A DNA stretch of 44,116 bases from a virus (taxonomy: Duplodnaviria > Caudoviricetes): IMG/VR virus record IMGVR_UViG_3300042814_000069, positions 1 through 44,116 of that record; one strand, written 5' to 3'. The notes under the pieces are model-generated. The model was not told the DNA's origin and did no database searches. It saw only the letters and a list, made by a program, of their open reading frames with translations. Shown here piece by piece: positions 42,217 through 44,116 of this stretch (the first letter of the stretch is position 1; every line of letters begins with the position of its first letter). Both the position numbers and the translations under genes were made by a program.

Positions 42217-43503
42217 ATGGCCAAGAAGCTCCCCCCGCCTGACCTCGCGCACATCGATCCTGGCCTGCGCTCGCTCGCCGTCCCGATCGCCGACCTCGTG
42301 CCTGATCCCGAGAACGCGCGGAAGCACGACGAGCGGAACATCGACGCGATTGCCTTCTCCCTGCGCGAGTTCGGCGTGCGCTCCCCCCTCACGGTGCGCA
42401 AGGGCGTGGTCATCATCGGCAGCGGCCGGCTCGAGGCCGCGAAGAAGCTCGGCTGGACTCACCTGCCGGTCCTCCGAGCGGATGACCTGACGGAAGGCAG
42501 AGCGCGCATGCTGGCGATCGCCGACAACCGATCGGCCGAGCTCGCCACGTGGAACGACGAGCAGCTGGCCAAGACCCTGCGCGAGCTCGACGTCGAGATC
42601 CCGCCCGAGCTCTTCAAGGACGACGAGATCGAAGCCCTCCTCGCCGAGCAGCTCGACGAGCACGCCGACGAGCTCGCGCAGAAGGGCAAGGTCGAGTTCG
42701 AGTTTCTGGACAAGCCGCCCGAGGAGCCGATCACGAGCCTCGGCGATTCCTGGGAGCTCGGCCGGCACATCGTCCACTGCGCCGATTCTCTGAACCTGGA
42801 CAACTGGAAGGGAGTGCCGGCCGTGGCGGCCGTGTTCTGCGATCCTCCCTACGCGATCTACGGCTCGAGCACGGGGATCTCCTCAGAGGTCACGGACGAC
42901 AAGTCCATCGCCCCGATGTTCAAGAACATGGCCGTCGTGTTCGCGCGCGTCGTGAAGCCCTTTGGCCACGTCTACGTGTGCACCGACTGGCGCAGCTACC
43001 CCGCGCTGTGGACCGCCTTCCGCGGCCTGCTCGACCCCAAGAACCTGATCGTGTGGGACAAGGGCGGCAGCGGCCTGGGCGCGAACCACGCCAACACCTT
43101 CGAGCTCGTCGCCTTCTACCATCGCACCCCCTTCCATCGGCGCACCATGACGAGCGCGAAGCCGACCGGCTCGCGGCCTGTCCACCGGCCGAACCTCTGG
43201 CGCTACCCCAGAGTCTCGGGCGACGAGCGCCACCACAACGCCGCCAAGCCGGTCCAGATGATCGCCGACGCCCTCGAGGCTTCGAGCGAGCCGAACGAGA
43301 CGATCGCGGACCTGTTCGGGGGGAGCGGGTCGGTGCAGATCGCGTGCGAGCGCATCGGCCGCGCTTGCATCACGTTCGAGCTCGAGCCCGGCTGGGTCGA
43401 CGTGATCGTGAAACGATGGGAGACCGAGACCGGCAAGAAGGGCAAGCGGATCCCGGGCGCGGGCGGCGCCAAGGCACACAAGGCCAAGAGGAAGAAACCA
43501 TGA
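42217..43503 (+). CDS. ParB-like N-terminal domain fused to N4/N6 DNA methyltransferase (beta order)
   Basis: PDPENARKH...SLREFG...IADNR; DPPY motif IV before H...KPV and DLFGGSGS motif I. Confidence 0.92.
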   Translation: MAKKLPPPDLAHIDPGLRSLAVPIADLVPDPENARKHDERNIDAIAFSLREFGVRSPLTVRKGVVIIGSGRLEAAKKLGWTHLPVLRADDLTEGRARMLAIADNRSAELATWNDEQLAKTLRELDVEIPPELFKDDEIEALLAEQLDEHADELAQKGKVEFEFLDKPPEEPITSLGDSWELGRHIVHCADSLNLDNWKGVPAVAAVFCDPPYAIYGSSTGISSEVTDDKSIAPMFKNMAVVFARVVKPFGHVYVCTDWRSYPALWTAFRGLLDPKNLIVWDKGGSGLGANHANTFELVAFYHRTPFHRRTMTSAKPTGSRPVHRPNLWRYPRVSGDERHHNAAKPVQMIADALEASSEPNETIADLFGGSGSVQIACERIGRACITFELEPGWVDVIVKRWETETGKKGKRIPGAGGAKAHKAKRKKP

Positions 43504-43730
43504 CCGTCTACGGCGAGATCCCGATCGACGACTACCTGCGGCTGACGGGCGACGTCCCGAAGAAGTTCCTCCCCGTCGCGCACGTGCGGAAGGGCTACGT
43601 CTTCAGTTGCGTCGAGTGCATGCGCTCCTGGCTCGATCGGGATCTCCCCCACCACATCCGCAAAAGCGTGCTGATGCAGACCGACGGCACGATCGTGATT
43701 CTCGCCAAGCCCCCGGTGTCCGATGGCTGA
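43500..43730 (+). CDS. Hypothetical protein
   Basis: ATGA coupling; CVEC. Confidence 0.65.
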   Translation: MTVYGEIPIDDYLRLTGDVPKKFLPVAHVRKGYVFSCVECMRSWLDRDLPHHIRKSVLMQTDGTIVILAKPPVSDG

Positions 43731-44116
43731 CTACCGCTCCGATCTGCCCGAGCGCCCCTACCGGATCGCGAAGCTCCCGCTCGATGACCGCGGCTATCCC
43801 GTGCCGGCCTTCGTGACCTGGTTCGACCAGGACGGCGAGGTCACGCAACCCGGGGACGGCAAGCCCGACTTCCGCGTGGTCTCGCTCGAGCGCGTCCAAC
43901 GATGCATCGCCGGCGAGCGTTGCTGGATCTGCGACGGCGTGCTCGGCGGCTTCCGGACCTTCGTCATAGGGCCGATGTGTTGCGTCAACCGGATCTCGTC
44001 CGAGCCCCCCTCGCACCTGGACTGCGCCGAGTATGCGGTTCGCGCCTGCCCATTTCTGATCCTGCCGAACAGCAAGCGCCGGGAGGCGGACCTGCCGCCC
44101 GAGGCCACCGAGCCAG
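43723..44116 (+). CDS. 5' part of the junction-spanning 228-aa protein (continues to 459)
   Basis: MADYRSDLPERPYRIAKLPLDDRGYPVPAFV...PDFRVV...CWIC, in frame with 25-459; missed by the ORF track. Confidence 0.85.
   Translation, partial: MADYRSDLPERPYRIAKLPLDDRGYPVPAFVTWFDQDGEVTQPGDGKPDFRVVSLERVQRCIAGERCWICDGVLGGFRTFVIGPMCCVNRISSEPPSHLDCAEYAVRACPFLILPNSKRREADLPPEATEP
43951..44116. repeat. Terminal direct repeat (circular assembly overlap), right copy
   Basis: Matches 1-166 with one mismatch. Confidence 0.97.

Overview
The window is essentially a complete, circularly permuted genome (~43,950 bp; bases 1-166 recur at 43951-44116 with one mismatch) of a high-GC (roughly 70% by eye) tailed phage with a non-contractile, lambda-like tail. 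Almost every gene lies on the + strand and most are coupled by ATGA/GTGA overlaps. Gene order: small early/hypothetical genes, a PEGA-type lipoprotein, a divergent RecT-like protein and a RusA-like resolvase (1-7.6 kb); a 776-aa protein with alpha/alpha-toroid motifs; a lambda-like cosQ/cosN site; Nu1-like TerS and GpA TerL; an inserted ParB/DUF1580 island; gpW, lambda-type portal, protease-scaffold, Mu-gpT-type capsid and two decoration paralogs; neck and tail genes (tube, G/T chaperone with a -1 frameshift, tape measure, Dit-like, gpL, NlpC/P60, fused gpI-gpJ); membrane lysis-like genes with no recognisable endolysin; then HTH regulators, a 9-copy iteron-like array, a double-wHTH replication-initiator-like gene containing a chromosome-type parS site, and a ParB-fused DNA methyltransferase. 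I recognise no integrase, tRNA or CRISPR array. The most interesting hypothesis is an integrase-less phage-plasmid that uses iterons plus a host-type parS without its own ParA. The host is possibly Planctomycetota (inference). All calls come from motif recognition by eye; no database searches were run.
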